IMG/VR virus record: IMGVR_UViG_2690316210_000010
Coordinates: 1-23,122 of that record
From: a virus
Taxonomy: Duplodnaviria; Heunggongvirae; Uroviricota; Caudoviricetes
Length of the DNA: 23,122 nucleotides
Reading direction: 5' to 3' (one strand)
Part shown: positions 14,961 through 23,122 of the stretch, in pieces
How the letters are laid out: every line of letters starts with the position of its first letter
Numbering within the stretch: the stretch's first letter is position 1
Program-made: the position numbers and the translations under genes
Notes under the pieces: model-generated
Told to the model about the DNA's origin: nothing
What the model saw: the letters and a program-made list of their open reading frames with translations, nothing else
The model's database searches: none

Positions 14961-15386
14961 ATGGCAAAAGTATTTACACAAGAAGAGCGGGAAAAAATTA
15001 AAGGGCAGGTTGTTGAACTTGTACGTCTGAGCGGTCGCGAGACGTTGCGGCAACTGGAAGCCAAGACAGGTGCGACAAGATATCTGATGAGTGTTCTCGC
15101 CAGAGAGCTGGTTGCCAGTGGCGATGTATACAACTCTGGTTACGGGTTATTCCCGTCTGAACAGGCGCGTAAGGACTGGCAAAATGCTCGCAAAAAACTC
15201 TCAAGGGCAAAGGTGAAGAAACCTGCAGTGGTTGATCCGGACCTTATCTGGTCGTTACCAGACGGCGAAATACGCCGCTACGACAGGCGCCTGAATATAA
15301 TCTGTCGCGAGTGCCGGAAGAGCGAAGCTATGCAGCGTGTACTGGCATTTTATCAAGGAAATGTTAGGTATTTTAGACGTTACTAG
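14961..15386 (+). CDS. Hypothetical protein (142 aa)
   Basis: ATG 14961 with GGAGG Shine-Dalgarno 5 nt upstream; no recognised family. Confidence 0.4.
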   Translation: MAKVFTQEEREKIKGQVVELVRLSGRETLRQLEAKTGATRYLMSVLARELVASGDVYNSGYGLFPSEQARKDWQNARKKLSRAKVKKPAVVDPDLIWSLPDGEIRRYDRRLNIICRECRKSEAMQRVLAFYQGNVRYFRRY

Positions 15387-15539
15387 ATTAAAGAGCATTA
15401 GTTCAGATGTGAATTGACATTTTCATGGCGCAGGGTAGAGCCAGCGTGGTTGTCCGCTTTGCGTCAAAACCAGATATTACCAGATTTAGACATATATTCC
15501 CGATAGCCCTGCTCTGATGCTACACTCTGTGCTATTTTC

Positions 15540-16226
15540 ATGACCCCAATAAAAATATTTATGACTATTGCTGATTTCAAACGGCCTAAATTGGAGCTCC
15601 CAAACGGGGCAAACAAACTACTACTGCACTCTTGCTGTGCTCCATGTTCCGGTGAAGTGATGGAGGCGCTTCAGGCCTCGGGAATCGACTACACCATCTT
15701 TTTCTACAACCCGAACATTCATCCTCAGAAAGAGTATTTAATTCGTAAGGATGAAAATATTCGCTTTGCTGAACAACACGGCGTGCCGTTTATCGATGCT
15801 GATTACGACACCGACAACTGGTTTGAACGTGCCAAAGGAATGGAATGGGAGCCTGAGAGGGGGATCCGTTGTACCATGTGTTTTGACATGCGTTTTGAGC
15901 GGACAGCGTTGTACGCTGCTGAAAATGGTTTCAGTGTGATCAGCAGTTCACTGGGCATTTCACGCTGGAAAAATATGCAGCAGGTTAACGACTGTGGGCG
16001 GCGAGCCGTCGCGCATTATCCGGGCATGGTGTACTGGGATTATAACTGGCGCAAGCAGGGCGGCTCGTCCCGTATGATTGAAATCAGCAAGCGCGAAAAA
16101 TTCTATCAGCAGGAATATTGTGGCTGTGTGTATTCTCTGCGCGATACCAATCTACACCGCAAATCTCAGGGACGCCCTCTTATCAAAATTGGTCAACTCC
16201 ACTACGGTAAAGAAGAGAAGGAGTGA
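15540..16226 (+). CDS. QueH-like protein (DUF208, epoxyqueuosine reductase family)
   Basis: N-terminal [11 protein letters not shown] motif plus further conserved Cys/His/Asp residues resemble DUF208/QueH; no obvious Shine-Dalgarno, so start is uncertain. Confidence 0.55.
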   Translation: MTPIKIFMTIADFKRPKLELPNGANKLLLHSCCAPCSGEVMEALQASGIDYTIFFYNPNIHPQKEYLIRKDENIRFAEQHGVPFIDADYDTDNWFERAKGMEWEPERGIRCTMCFDMRFERTALYAAENGFSVISSSLGISRWKNMQQVNDCGRRAVAHYPGMVYWDYNWRKQGGSSRMIEISKREKFYQQEYCGCVYSLRDTNLHRKSQGRPLIKIGQLHYGKEEKE

Positions 16227-16453
16227 TTTTATGGGGCACCTTTCTGATTGATTTCATATTGGCGAGGTAAGTAGAATGACTGCGGGTGCTTGAGGCTATC
16301 TGCTTCAGGCATGAACACCAAAAGGCAGATAGAGAAAAGCCCCAGTTAACATTACGCGTCCGGCAAGACGCTTAACATTAATCTGAGGCCAATTTCATGC
16401 TTTGCACATGTAGGTTAGCCTCTTACATGCCGAAAGGCAAGGAGAAGCAGGCT

Positions 16454-16609
16454 ATGAAGCAGCAAAAGGCGATGTTAATCGCCCTGATCGTCATCTGTTT
16501 AACCGTCATAGTGACGGCACTGGTAACGAGGAAAGACCTCTGTGAGGTACGAATCCGAACCGGCCAGACGGAGGTCGCTGTCTTCGTAGACTACGAATCC
16601 AGGAAGTAA
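16454..16609 (+). CDS. hokD: Hok-family type I toxin (HokD/RelF-like); overlapping upstream Mok-like frame begins at 16397
   Basis: MKQQKAMLIALIVICLTVIVTALVTRKDLCEVRIRTGQTEVAVF... matches Hok/RelF; GGAG Shine-Dalgarno. Confidence 0.75.
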   Translation: MKQQKAMLIALIVICLTVIVTALVTRKDLCEVRIRTGQTEVAVFVDYESRK

Positions 16610-16617
16610 GAGTGACC

Positions 16618-16730
16618 GGGCGGGGAGCTGATCCCATCCCCGCCCACCTCTGATGTGTCAGGCATCCTCAACGCACCCGCACTTAACCCGCCCATCGCTG
16701 TGATCTCTCAGCGTTTCGGCGGGTTTTTTG
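16618..16730 (+). terminator. hok mRNA 3' structured region ending in a rho-independent terminator
   Basis: 9-bp stem GGGCGGGGA/TCCCCGCCC (16618-16645), then CCCGCC...GGCGGG followed by TTTTTTG (16688-16730). Confidence 0.5.
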
Positions 16731-16858
16731 TTGTTTATTTCCGGTGAATTTGATTCGCGCACCTTCGCAGATAGAATCGACTCACTTAAGTAGCGCGCAG
16801 GGAGAAGAGGGATGGACCCCGAACAGGGGAGAGCTATTTATCTGGAAGGATTCTGAAG

Positions 16859-17146
16859 ATGAAAATCGAAGAATTGCGTGAAATTTTTAGTGAAAATGGC
16901 CTCTATGCTGTGCGCGTTGAGAATGGAGCGATTGTCAGCCATTGCCGCATTAGATGTTTGCAATCTCAACAAAGGAAGAGCGGTGCTGTGTTATTTTATT
17001 TTTGTAATGGACTTCTGACGGACGGTTTTATTTTGCGTGAGGACGAATTTGTCACATCATTACGGGTTTTGAAAGAGATTGGTTTTAAGGCTGGTTTTCT
17101 GCTTTTGCTGAAGAATAAACTCATCTACAATCTTGAGCAGGATTGA
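16859..17146 (+). CDS. Hypothetical protein (95 aa) at the Rem-equivalent position
   Basis: ATG 16859 with GGAAGGA Shine-Dalgarno; sits between hok and the DUF1367 gene as rem does in Qin; no sequence recognition. Confidence 0.4.
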   Translation: MKIEELREIFSENGLYAVRVENGAIVSHCRIRCLQSQQRKSGAVLFYFCNGLLTDGFILREDEFVTSLRVLKEIGFKAGFLLLLKNKLIYNLEQD

Positions 17147-17184
17147 ACTCCTGCTGTGTAACACCGTGCCACCGGAGAAAGCCG

Positions 17185-17784
17185 ATGGCACATATACAAC
17201 TGGTCAAACAAACCTCTTCCGGATTACTTCTCCCGGCGACGCCGGAGAGTTGCGATTTTCTGCATCAAATCAAAATAGGTGAGTGGATACACGCAGACTT
17301 TAAGCGTGTGTGTAACTACGCATTCCACAAGCGTTTTTTCAAACTCCTGCAACTGGGTTTCGATTACTGGACTCCGGTCGGTGGGGCGATCACGCCTCGC
17401 GAACGAAAACTGGTGTCCGGTTTCGTTGATTACCTGTGTGAATCAGTAGGCCGGGAACATACGCCAGCTCTGAGCGAAGCCGCAGAGCAATATCTGAATA
17501 CAGTTGCGACACGCAGAACCAGTGATACGGCATTGCTAAAGTCGTTTGAGGCTTTCCGCGAGTGGGTAGCCATTCAGGCCGGATTTTACACCGAGCATTT
17601 TTATCCGGACGGTAGCCGTGGGTGTCGGGCGAAATCTATCGCGTTTGCGAATATGGACGAAACCGAGTTTCAGCAGGTTTATAAATCTGTTCTGAATGTG
17701 CTGTGGAACTGGATTCTGTTCCGTAAATTTTCCTCTCCGGAACAAGTCGAAAATGTGGCCGCGCAGCTGCTGGAGTTTGCGTAA
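17185..17784 (+). CDS. DUF1367-like prophage protein, tandem copy A
   Basis: GGAG Shine-Dalgarno; MAHIQLVKQTSSGLLLPATPESCDFLHQIK...; stop overlaps the next gene start (TAATG). Family assignment from memory. Confidence 0.55.
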   Translation: MAHIQLVKQTSSGLLLPATPESCDFLHQIKIGEWIHADFKRVCNYAFHKRFFKLLQLGFDYWTPVGGAITPRERKLVSGFVDYLCESVGREHTPALSEAAEQYLNTVATRRTSDTALLKSFEAFREWVAIQAGFYTEHFYPDGSRGCRAKSIAFANMDETEFQQVYKSVLNVLWNWILFRKFSSPEQVENVAAQLLEFA

Positions 17785-18074
17785 TGGTGGATTTACGTAA
17801 AGCGGCGCGGGGGCAGATGTGCACCGTCAGAATTCCTGGCTACTGCAATCACGATCCGGAAACGTCTGTGCTGGCGCATTACCGACTGGCGGGAACGTGC
17901 GGAACAGCGATAAAGCCACACGATATGCAGGCAGCGATTGCCTGTAGCTCGTGCCACGATTTAATCGACGGGCGGGTAAAAACCAGCGATTACACCAAAG
18001 AAGAATTACGCCTGATGCATGCAGAAGGTGTTTTTCGCACACAAGAAATCTGGAGAAAGGAGGGATATTTATGA
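17784..18074 (+). CDS. YbcO-like (DUF1364) zinc-binding protein, copy A
   Basis: 96 aa with four paired Cys (C..C...C..C) and position before Q as in DLP12 ybcO; identical in copies B and C. Confidence 0.55.
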
Positions 18075-18448
18075 TTTACCCAACGAATACAGGAAAAAGC
18101 GGAGAACACCTTCGTCTCACCACGCTGGAAAGTGTCTGGATTCAGGGAAAACTACGTATGTGGGGGCGCTGGTCGTATATTGGTGGCGGTAAGACGGGGA
18201 ATATGTTTAACCTGATGTTGACCTCTAAAAAGCTGACAAAAACGGCAATTAACGAGGCGCTCCGGAGGATGAAAAAAGCAGGTCTGAACAAGTCTGAACT
18301 TGCTGCCGCCATGAAGCAGATTAAAGAACTCCAGCGCCTGCTCGGCAAGAAAACGATGGAAAATGAACTCCTCAAAGAAGCCGTTGAATATGGACGGGCA
18401 AAAAAGTGGATAGCGCACGCGCCCTTATTGCCCGGGGATGGGGAGTAA
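18071..18448 (+). pseudogene. Truncated Q-like antiterminator (first ~74 aa) fused in frame to the C-terminal part of IS2 InsC
   Basis: [16 protein letters not shown]...NKSEL, then [48 protein letters not shown] (IS2 InsC C-terminus); junction at the shared 10-mer TCTGAACTTG (18293-18302). Confidence 0.75.
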
Positions 18449-19322
18449 GCTTAGTCAGCCGTTGTCTCCGGGTGTCGCGTGCGCAGTTGCACGTCATTCT
18501 CAGACGAACCGATGACTGGATGGATGGCCGCCGCAGTCGTCACACTGATGATACGGATGTGCTTCTCCGTATACACCATGTTATCGGAGAGCTGCCCACG
18601 TATGGTTATCGTCGGGTATGGGCGCTGCTTCGCAGACAGGCAGAACTTGATGGTATGCCTGCGATCAATGCCAAACGTGTTTACCGGATCATGCGCCAGA
18701 ATGCGCTGTTGCTTGAGCGAAAACCTGCTGTACCGCCATCGAAACGGGCACATACAGGCAGAGTGGCCGTGAAAGAAAGCAATCAGCGATGGTGCTCTGA
18801 CGGGTTCGAGTTCTGCTGTGATAACGGAGAGAGACTGCGTGTCACGTTCGCGCTGGACTGCTGTGATCGTGAGGCACTGCACTGGGCGGTGACTACCGGC
18901 GGCTTCAACAGTGAAACAGTACAGGACGTCATGCTGGGAGCGGTGGAACGCCGCTTCGGCAACGATCTTCCGTCGTCTCCAGTGGAGTGGCTGACGGATA
19001 ATGGTTCATGCTACCGGGCTAATGAAACACGCCAGTTCGCCCGGATGTTGGGACTTGAACCGAAGAACACGGCGGTGCGGAGTCCGGAGAGTAACGGAAT
19101 AGCAGAGAGCTTCGTGAAAACGATAAAGCGTGACTACATCAGTATCATGCCCAAACCAGACGGGTTAACGGCAGCAAAGAACCTTGCAGAGGCGTTCGAG
19201 CATTATAACGAATGGCATCCGCATAGTGCGCTGGGTTATCGCTCGCCACGGGAATATCTGCGGCAGCGGGCTTGTAATGGGTTAAGTGATAACAGATGTC
19301 TGGAAATATAGGGGCAAATCCA
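18293..19322 (+). mobile_element. IS2, 5'-truncated (mid-insC to right end ...GGGGCAAATCCA)
   Basis: insC 3' part, insD and the right terminus are recognisable; the left ~300 bp of IS2 is absent. Confidence 0.85.
18406..19311 (+). CDS. insD: IS2 transposase InsD (natively expressed as an InsCD frameshift product)
   Basis: 301-aa translation ...[32 protein letters not shown]... with DDE motifs. Confidence 0.85.
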
Positions 19323-19364
19323 ACGGGCTGAACACCCATTCTACTGCGCCAGCGGAGAACTACG

Positions 19365-19964
19365 ATGGCGCATATACAACTGATCAAACAAACCTCTTCC
19401 GGATTACTTCTCCCGGCGACGCCGGAGAGTTGCGATTTTCTGCATCAAATCAAAATAGGTGAGTGGATACACGCAGACTTTAAGCGTGTGTGTAACTACG
19501 CATTCCACAAGCGTTTTTTCAAACTCCTGCAACTGGGATTCGATTACTGGACTCCGGTCGGTGGGGCGATCACGCCTCGCGAACGAGAACTGCTGTCTGG
19601 TTTCGTTGATTACCTGTGCGAATCAGTAGGTCGGGAACATACGCCAGCTCTGAGCGAAGCCGCAGAGCAATATCTGAATACAGTTGCGACACGCAGAACC
19701 AGTGATACGGCATTGCTAAAGTCGTTTGAGGCTTTCCGCGAGTGGGTAGCCATTCAGGCCGGATTTTACACCGAGCATTTTTATCCGGACGGTAGCCGTG
19801 GGTGTCGGGCGAAATCTATCGCGTTTGCGAATATGGACGAAACCGAGTTTCAGCAGGTTTATAAATCTGTTCTGAATGTGCTGTGGAACTGGATTCTGTT
19901 CCGTAAATTTTCCTCTCCGGAACAAGTCGAAAATGTGGCCGCGCAGCTGCTGGAGTTTGCGTAA
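19365..19964 (+). CDS. DUF1367-like prophage protein, copy B (mosaic of A-type and C-type sequence)
   Basis: About 99% identical to copy A, but carries C-type substitutions at the 5' end (LIKQ, RERELLSGF). Confidence 0.55.
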   Translation: MAHIQLIKQTSSGLLLPATPESCDFLHQIKIGEWIHADFKRVCNYAFHKRFFKLLQLGFDYWTPVGGAITPRERELLSGFVDYLCESVGREHTPALSEAAEQYLNTVATRRTSDTALLKSFEAFREWVAIQAGFYTEHFYPDGSRGCRAKSIAFANMDETEFQQVYKSVLNVLWNWILFRKFSSPEQVENVAAQLLEFA

Positions 19965-20254
19965 TGGTGGATTTACGTAAAGCGGCGCGGGGGCAGATGT
20001 GCACCGTCAGAATTCCTGGCTACTGCAATCACGATCCGGAAACGTCTGTGCTGGCGCATTACCGACTGGCGGGAACGTGCGGAACAGCGATAAAGCCACA
20101 CGATATGCAGGCAGCGATTGCCTGTAGCTCGTGCCACGATTTAATCGACGGGCGGGTAAAAACCAGCGATTACACCAAAGAAGAATTACGCCTGATGCAT
20201 GCAGAAGGTGTTTTTCGCACACAAGAAATCTGGAGAAAGGAGGGATATTTATGA
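19964..20254 (+). CDS. YbcO-like (DUF1364) protein, copy B
   Basis: Identical translation to copies A and C. Confidence 0.55.
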   Translation: MVDLRKAARGQMCTVRIPGYCNHDPETSVLAHYRLAGTCGTAIKPHDMQAAIACSSCHDLIDGRVKTSDYTKEELRLMHAEGVFRTQEIWRKEGYL

Positions 20255-21492
20255 TTTACCCAACGAATACAGGAAAAAGCGGAGAACACCTTCGTCTCAC
20301 CACGCTGGAAAGTGTCTGGATTCAGGGAAAACTACGTATGTGGGGGCGCTGGTCGTATATTGGTGGCGGTAAGACGGGGAATATGTTTAACCTGATGTTG
20401 ACCTCTAAAAAGCTGACAAAAACGGCAATTAACGAGGCGCTCCGGAGGATGAAAAAAGCAGGTCTGAACAAGTCTGAACTTGCTGCCGCCATGAAGCAGA
20501 TTAAAGAACTCCAGCGCCTGCTCGGCAAGAAAACGATGGAAAATGAACTCCTCAAAGAAGCCGTTGAATATGGACGGGCAAAAAAGTGGATAAACGCACG
20601 CGCCCTTATTGCCCGGGGATGGGGAGTAAGCTTAGTCAGCCGTTGTCTCCGGGTGTCGCGTGCGCAGTTGCACGTCATTCTCAGACGAACCGATGACTGG
20701 ATGGATGGCCGCCGCAGTCGTCACACTGATGATACGGATGTGCTTCTCCGTATACACCATGTTATCGGAGAGCTGCCCACGTATGGTTATCGTCGGGTAT
20801 GGGCGCTGCTTCGCAGACAGGCAGAACTTGATGGTATGCCTGCGATCAATGCCAAACGTGTTTACCGGATCATGCGCCAGAATGCGCTGTTGCTTGAGCG
20901 AAAACCTGCTGTACCGCCATCGAAACGGGCACATACAGGCAGAGTGGCCGTGAAAGAAAGCAATCAGCGATGGTGCTCTGACGGGTTCGAGTTCTGCTGT
21001 GATAACGGAGAGAGACTGCGTGTCACGTTCGCGCTGGACTGCTGTGATCGTGAGGCACTGCACTGGGCGGTGACTACCGGCGGCTTCAACAGTGAAACAG
21101 TACAGGACGTCATGCTGGGAGCGGTGGAACGCCGCTTCGGCAACGATCTTCCGTCGTCTCCAGTGGAGTGGCTGACGGATAATGGTTCATGCTACCGGGC
21201 TAATGAAACACGCCAGTTCGCCCGGATGTTGGGACTTGAACCGAAGAACACGGCGGTGCGGAGTCCGGAGAGTAACGGAATAGCAGAGAGCTTCGTGAAA
21301 ACGATAAAGCGTGACTACATCAGTATCATGCCCAAACCAGACGGGTTAACGGCAGCAAAGAACCTTGCAGAGGCGTTCGAGCATTATAACGAATGGCATC
21401 CGCATAGTGCGCTGGGTTATCGCTCGCCACGGGAATATCTGCGGCAGCGGGCTTGTAATGGGTTAAGTGATAACAGATGTCTGGAAATATAG
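20251..21492 (+). pseudogene. Q N-terminal fragment fused in frame to IS2 InsC C-terminus and InsD (single 413-aa chimeric ORF)
   Basis: Same Q::IS2 junction as copy A (20473-20482), plus one extra nucleotide near 20593 (TGGATAAACGCACG versus TGGATAGCGCACG in copy A) that merges the InsC and InsD frames. Confidence 0.7.
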
Positions 21493-21503
21493 GGGCAAAT
21501 CCA
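20473..21503 (+). mobile_element. IS2, 5'-truncated, second copy
   Basis: Same structure and right end as 18293..19322. Confidence 0.85.
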
Positions 21504-21545
21504 ACGGGCTGAACACCCATTCTACTGCGCCAGCGGAGAACTACG

Positions 21546-22145
21546 ATGGCGCATATACAACTGATCAAACAAACCTCTTCCGGATTACTTCTCCCGGCGA
21601 CGCCGGAGAGTTGCGATTTTCTGCATCAAATCAAAACAGGTGAGTGGATACACGCAGACTTTAAGCGTGTGCGTAACTACGCATTCCACAAGCGTTTTTT
21701 CAAACTCCTGCAACTGGGATTCGATTACTGGACTCCGGTCGGTGGGGCGATCACGCCTCGCGAACGAGAACTGCTGTCTGGTTTCGTTGATTACCTGTGC
21801 GAATCAGTAGGTCGGGAACATACGCCAGCTCTGAGCGAAGCCGCAGAGCAATATCTGAATACAGTTGCGACACGCAGAACCCGGGATACGGCATTGCTAA
21901 AGTCGTTTGAGGCTTTTCGCGAGTGGGTAACCATTCAGGCTGGATTTTACACCGAACATTTTTATCCGGACGGTAGCCGCGGGCGTCGGGCAAAATCCAT
22001 CGCTTTTGCGAATATGGACGAAACCGAGTTTCAGCAGGTTTATAAATCTGTTCTGAATGTGCTGTGGAACTGGATTCTGTTCCGTAAATTTTCCTCTCCG
22101 GAACAAGTCGAAAATGTGGCCGCGCAGCTGCTGGAGTTTGCGTAA
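21546..22145 (+). CDS. DUF1367-like prophage protein, copy C (most diverged)
   Basis: Several substitutions relative to A and B (KTGEW, RVRNY, TRDTALL, WVTIQ, RGRRAKS). Confidence 0.55.
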   Translation: MAHIQLIKQTSSGLLLPATPESCDFLHQIKTGEWIHADFKRVRNYAFHKRFFKLLQLGFDYWTPVGGAITPRERELLSGFVDYLCESVGREHTPALSEAAEQYLNTVATRRTRDTALLKSFEAFREWVTIQAGFYTEHFYPDGSRGRRAKSIAFANMDETEFQQVYKSVLNVLWNWILFRKFSSPEQVENVAAQLLEFA

Positions 22146-22435
22146 TGGTGGATTTACGTAAAGCGGCGCGGGGGCAGATGTGCACCGTCAGAATTCCTGG
22201 CTACTGCAATCACGATCCGGAAACGTCTGTGCTGGCGCATTACCGACTGGCGGGAACGTGCGGAACAGCGATAAAGCCACACGATATGCAGGCAGCGATT
22301 GCCTGTAGCTCGTGCCACGATTTAATCGACGGGCGGGTAAAAACCAGCGATTACACCAAAGAAGAATTACGCCTGATGCATGCAGAAGGTGTTTTTCGCA
22401 CACAAGAAATCTGGAGAAAGGAGGGATATTTATGA
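22145..22435 (+). CDS. YbcO-like (DUF1364) protein, copy C
   Basis: Identical translation to copies A and B. Confidence 0.55.
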   Translation: MVDLRKAARGQMCTVRIPGYCNHDPETSVLAHYRLAGTCGTAIKPHDMQAAIACSSCHDLIDGRVKTSDYTKEELRLMHAEGVFRTQEIWRKEGYL

Positions 22436-22986
22436 TTTACCCAACGAATACAGGAAAAAGCGGAGAACACCTTCGTCTCACCACGCTGGAAAGTGTCTGG
22501 ATTCAGGGAAAACTACGTATGTGGGGGCGCTGGTCGTATATTGGTGGCGGTAAGACGGGGAATATGTTTAACCTGATGTTGACCTCTAAAAAGCTGACAA
22601 AAACGGCAATTAACGAGGCGCTCCGGAGGATGAAAAAAGCAGGTCTGAACAAGTCTGAACTTGAGGCTTTTTTGCGGGATATGATTAACGGTAAGCAAAA
22701 GAGCTGGCTGGCGCATTGTACTGATGCAGAGGCGTTATGTATTGATCGGGTCATAAGTGAGGTGCTGGCAGAGCATCCAGGATTGATTAGCGTCCTTCGG
22801 CAACGGTATGAGGGGCGGGGGATGACCAAACGCAAAATGGCTGAACTGCTGAATGATGCACACCCGAAATGGAGTTTAAGAACCTGTGAAAGACGCATTG
22901 AGCATTGGCTAAAGGTGGCAGAATTTATTTTGTACAAACCAATGGTTATGGCTTTTGGTATAGAGAAAAAAGTTATTGCTTTTTGA
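22432..22986 (+). CDS. Putative late-gene antiterminator Q-like protein, intact copy (184 aa)
   Basis: ATG 22432 with AGGAGG Shine-Dalgarno; position after the YbcO-like gene and before a terminator-containing intergenic region; assignment is by synteny, not by recognised sequence. Confidence 0.5.
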   Translation: MIYPTNTGKSGEHLRLTTLESVWIQGKLRMWGRWSYIGGGKTGNMFNLMLTSKKLTKTAINEALRRMKKAGLNKSELEAFLRDMINGKQKSWLAHCTDAEALCIDRVISEVLAEHPGLISVLRQRYEGRGMTKRKMAELLNDAHPKWSLRTCERRIEHWLKVAEFILYKPMVMAFGIEKKVIAF

Positions 22987-23062
22987 CGTAAAAACTGCTT
23001 CAATTCTTGTACGCTTCGCAAAGCTGTACCGCGAGGCGAATAGCAGACATGGACATTTGAAA

Positions 23063-23088
23063 GAGCCCGCTTTATGCGGGTTTTTTTA
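23063..23088 (+). terminator. Rho-independent terminator downstream of Q (candidate tR'-like terminator of the late leader transcript)
   Basis: Hairpin CCCGC-TTTAT-GCGGG followed by TTTTTTT. Confidence 0.6.
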
Positions 23089-23122
23089 TACCTGAAAAAC
23101 GGCACAGGACGTTAAACGTGCT

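Larger units (their letters stand above)
19323..21503. repeat. Tandem repeat unit (2181 bp): 42-bp flank + DUF1367 + YbcO-like + Q 5' part + IS2 3' part; the array spans about 17185-22663
   Basis: Junction sites at 18293, 20473 and 22654 give a period of 2180-2181 bp; both IS2 right ends are followed by the same 42-bp flank. Confidence 0.85.

Noticed and set aside
15414-15530. Candidate sigma-70 promoter upstream of the QueH-like gene (TTGACA at 15414, TACACT at 15521)
   Set aside because: Hexamers are not at a compatible spacing, so no promoter is called.
17951-18070. Upstream ATG starts for the Q-like ORFs (17951, 20131, 22312)
   Set aside because: These starts lie inside the preceding YbcO-like gene; the ATG at 18071/20251/22432 has a strong AGGAGG Shine-Dalgarno.
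22503-23105. 200-aa minus-strand ORF overlapping the intact Q gene and its terminator
   Set aside because: Antisense to Q, runs through the terminator hairpin, and its 3' part repeats the spurious antisense ORFs seen in copies A and B.
1-23122. CRISPR arrays, tRNA genes, integrase or attachment sites
   Set aside because: No short regularly spaced repeats, no tRNA-like cloverleaf segments and no integrase-like ORF were seen; the repeats present are long paralogous prophage segments and IS-associated duplications.

Overview
This window reads as a heavily rearranged Rac/Qin-like lambdoid prophage region of an E. coli-like genome; all calls are from reading the sequence and ORF track by eye, with no database searches run. 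Three diverged paralogous copies of the dicB early-left operon segment are present (P0 1-1810, P1 3599-8729, P2 8697-end). P0 and P1 are joined through a chimeric IS1::IS3-family element flanked by ~300-bp direct repeats. P1 and P2 each carry a complete but different immunity and replication module (HTH repressor, Cro/YdaS-like, YdaT-like, O-like initiator with in-gene iterons, DnaC-like loader), with distinct operator and iteron motifs. P1 additionally has a ParE/ParD-like toxin-antitoxin pair directly downstream of its repressor. Each copy has a DicF-family sRNA, but the three differ in the 5' region. Between the ydfA-like gene and dicF, P1 and P2 carry unrelated convergent gene pairs, which is the best candidate for an undescribed function. 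Downstream of P2 replication are two winged-helix proteins, a QueH-like gene, a hok locus, and a DUF1367/YbcO-like/Q module present as three tandem copies, the first two truncated in Q by a microhomology junction into the middle of IS2. Only the third Q copy is intact and followed by a terminator. The rearrangements could be real or assembly artefacts.
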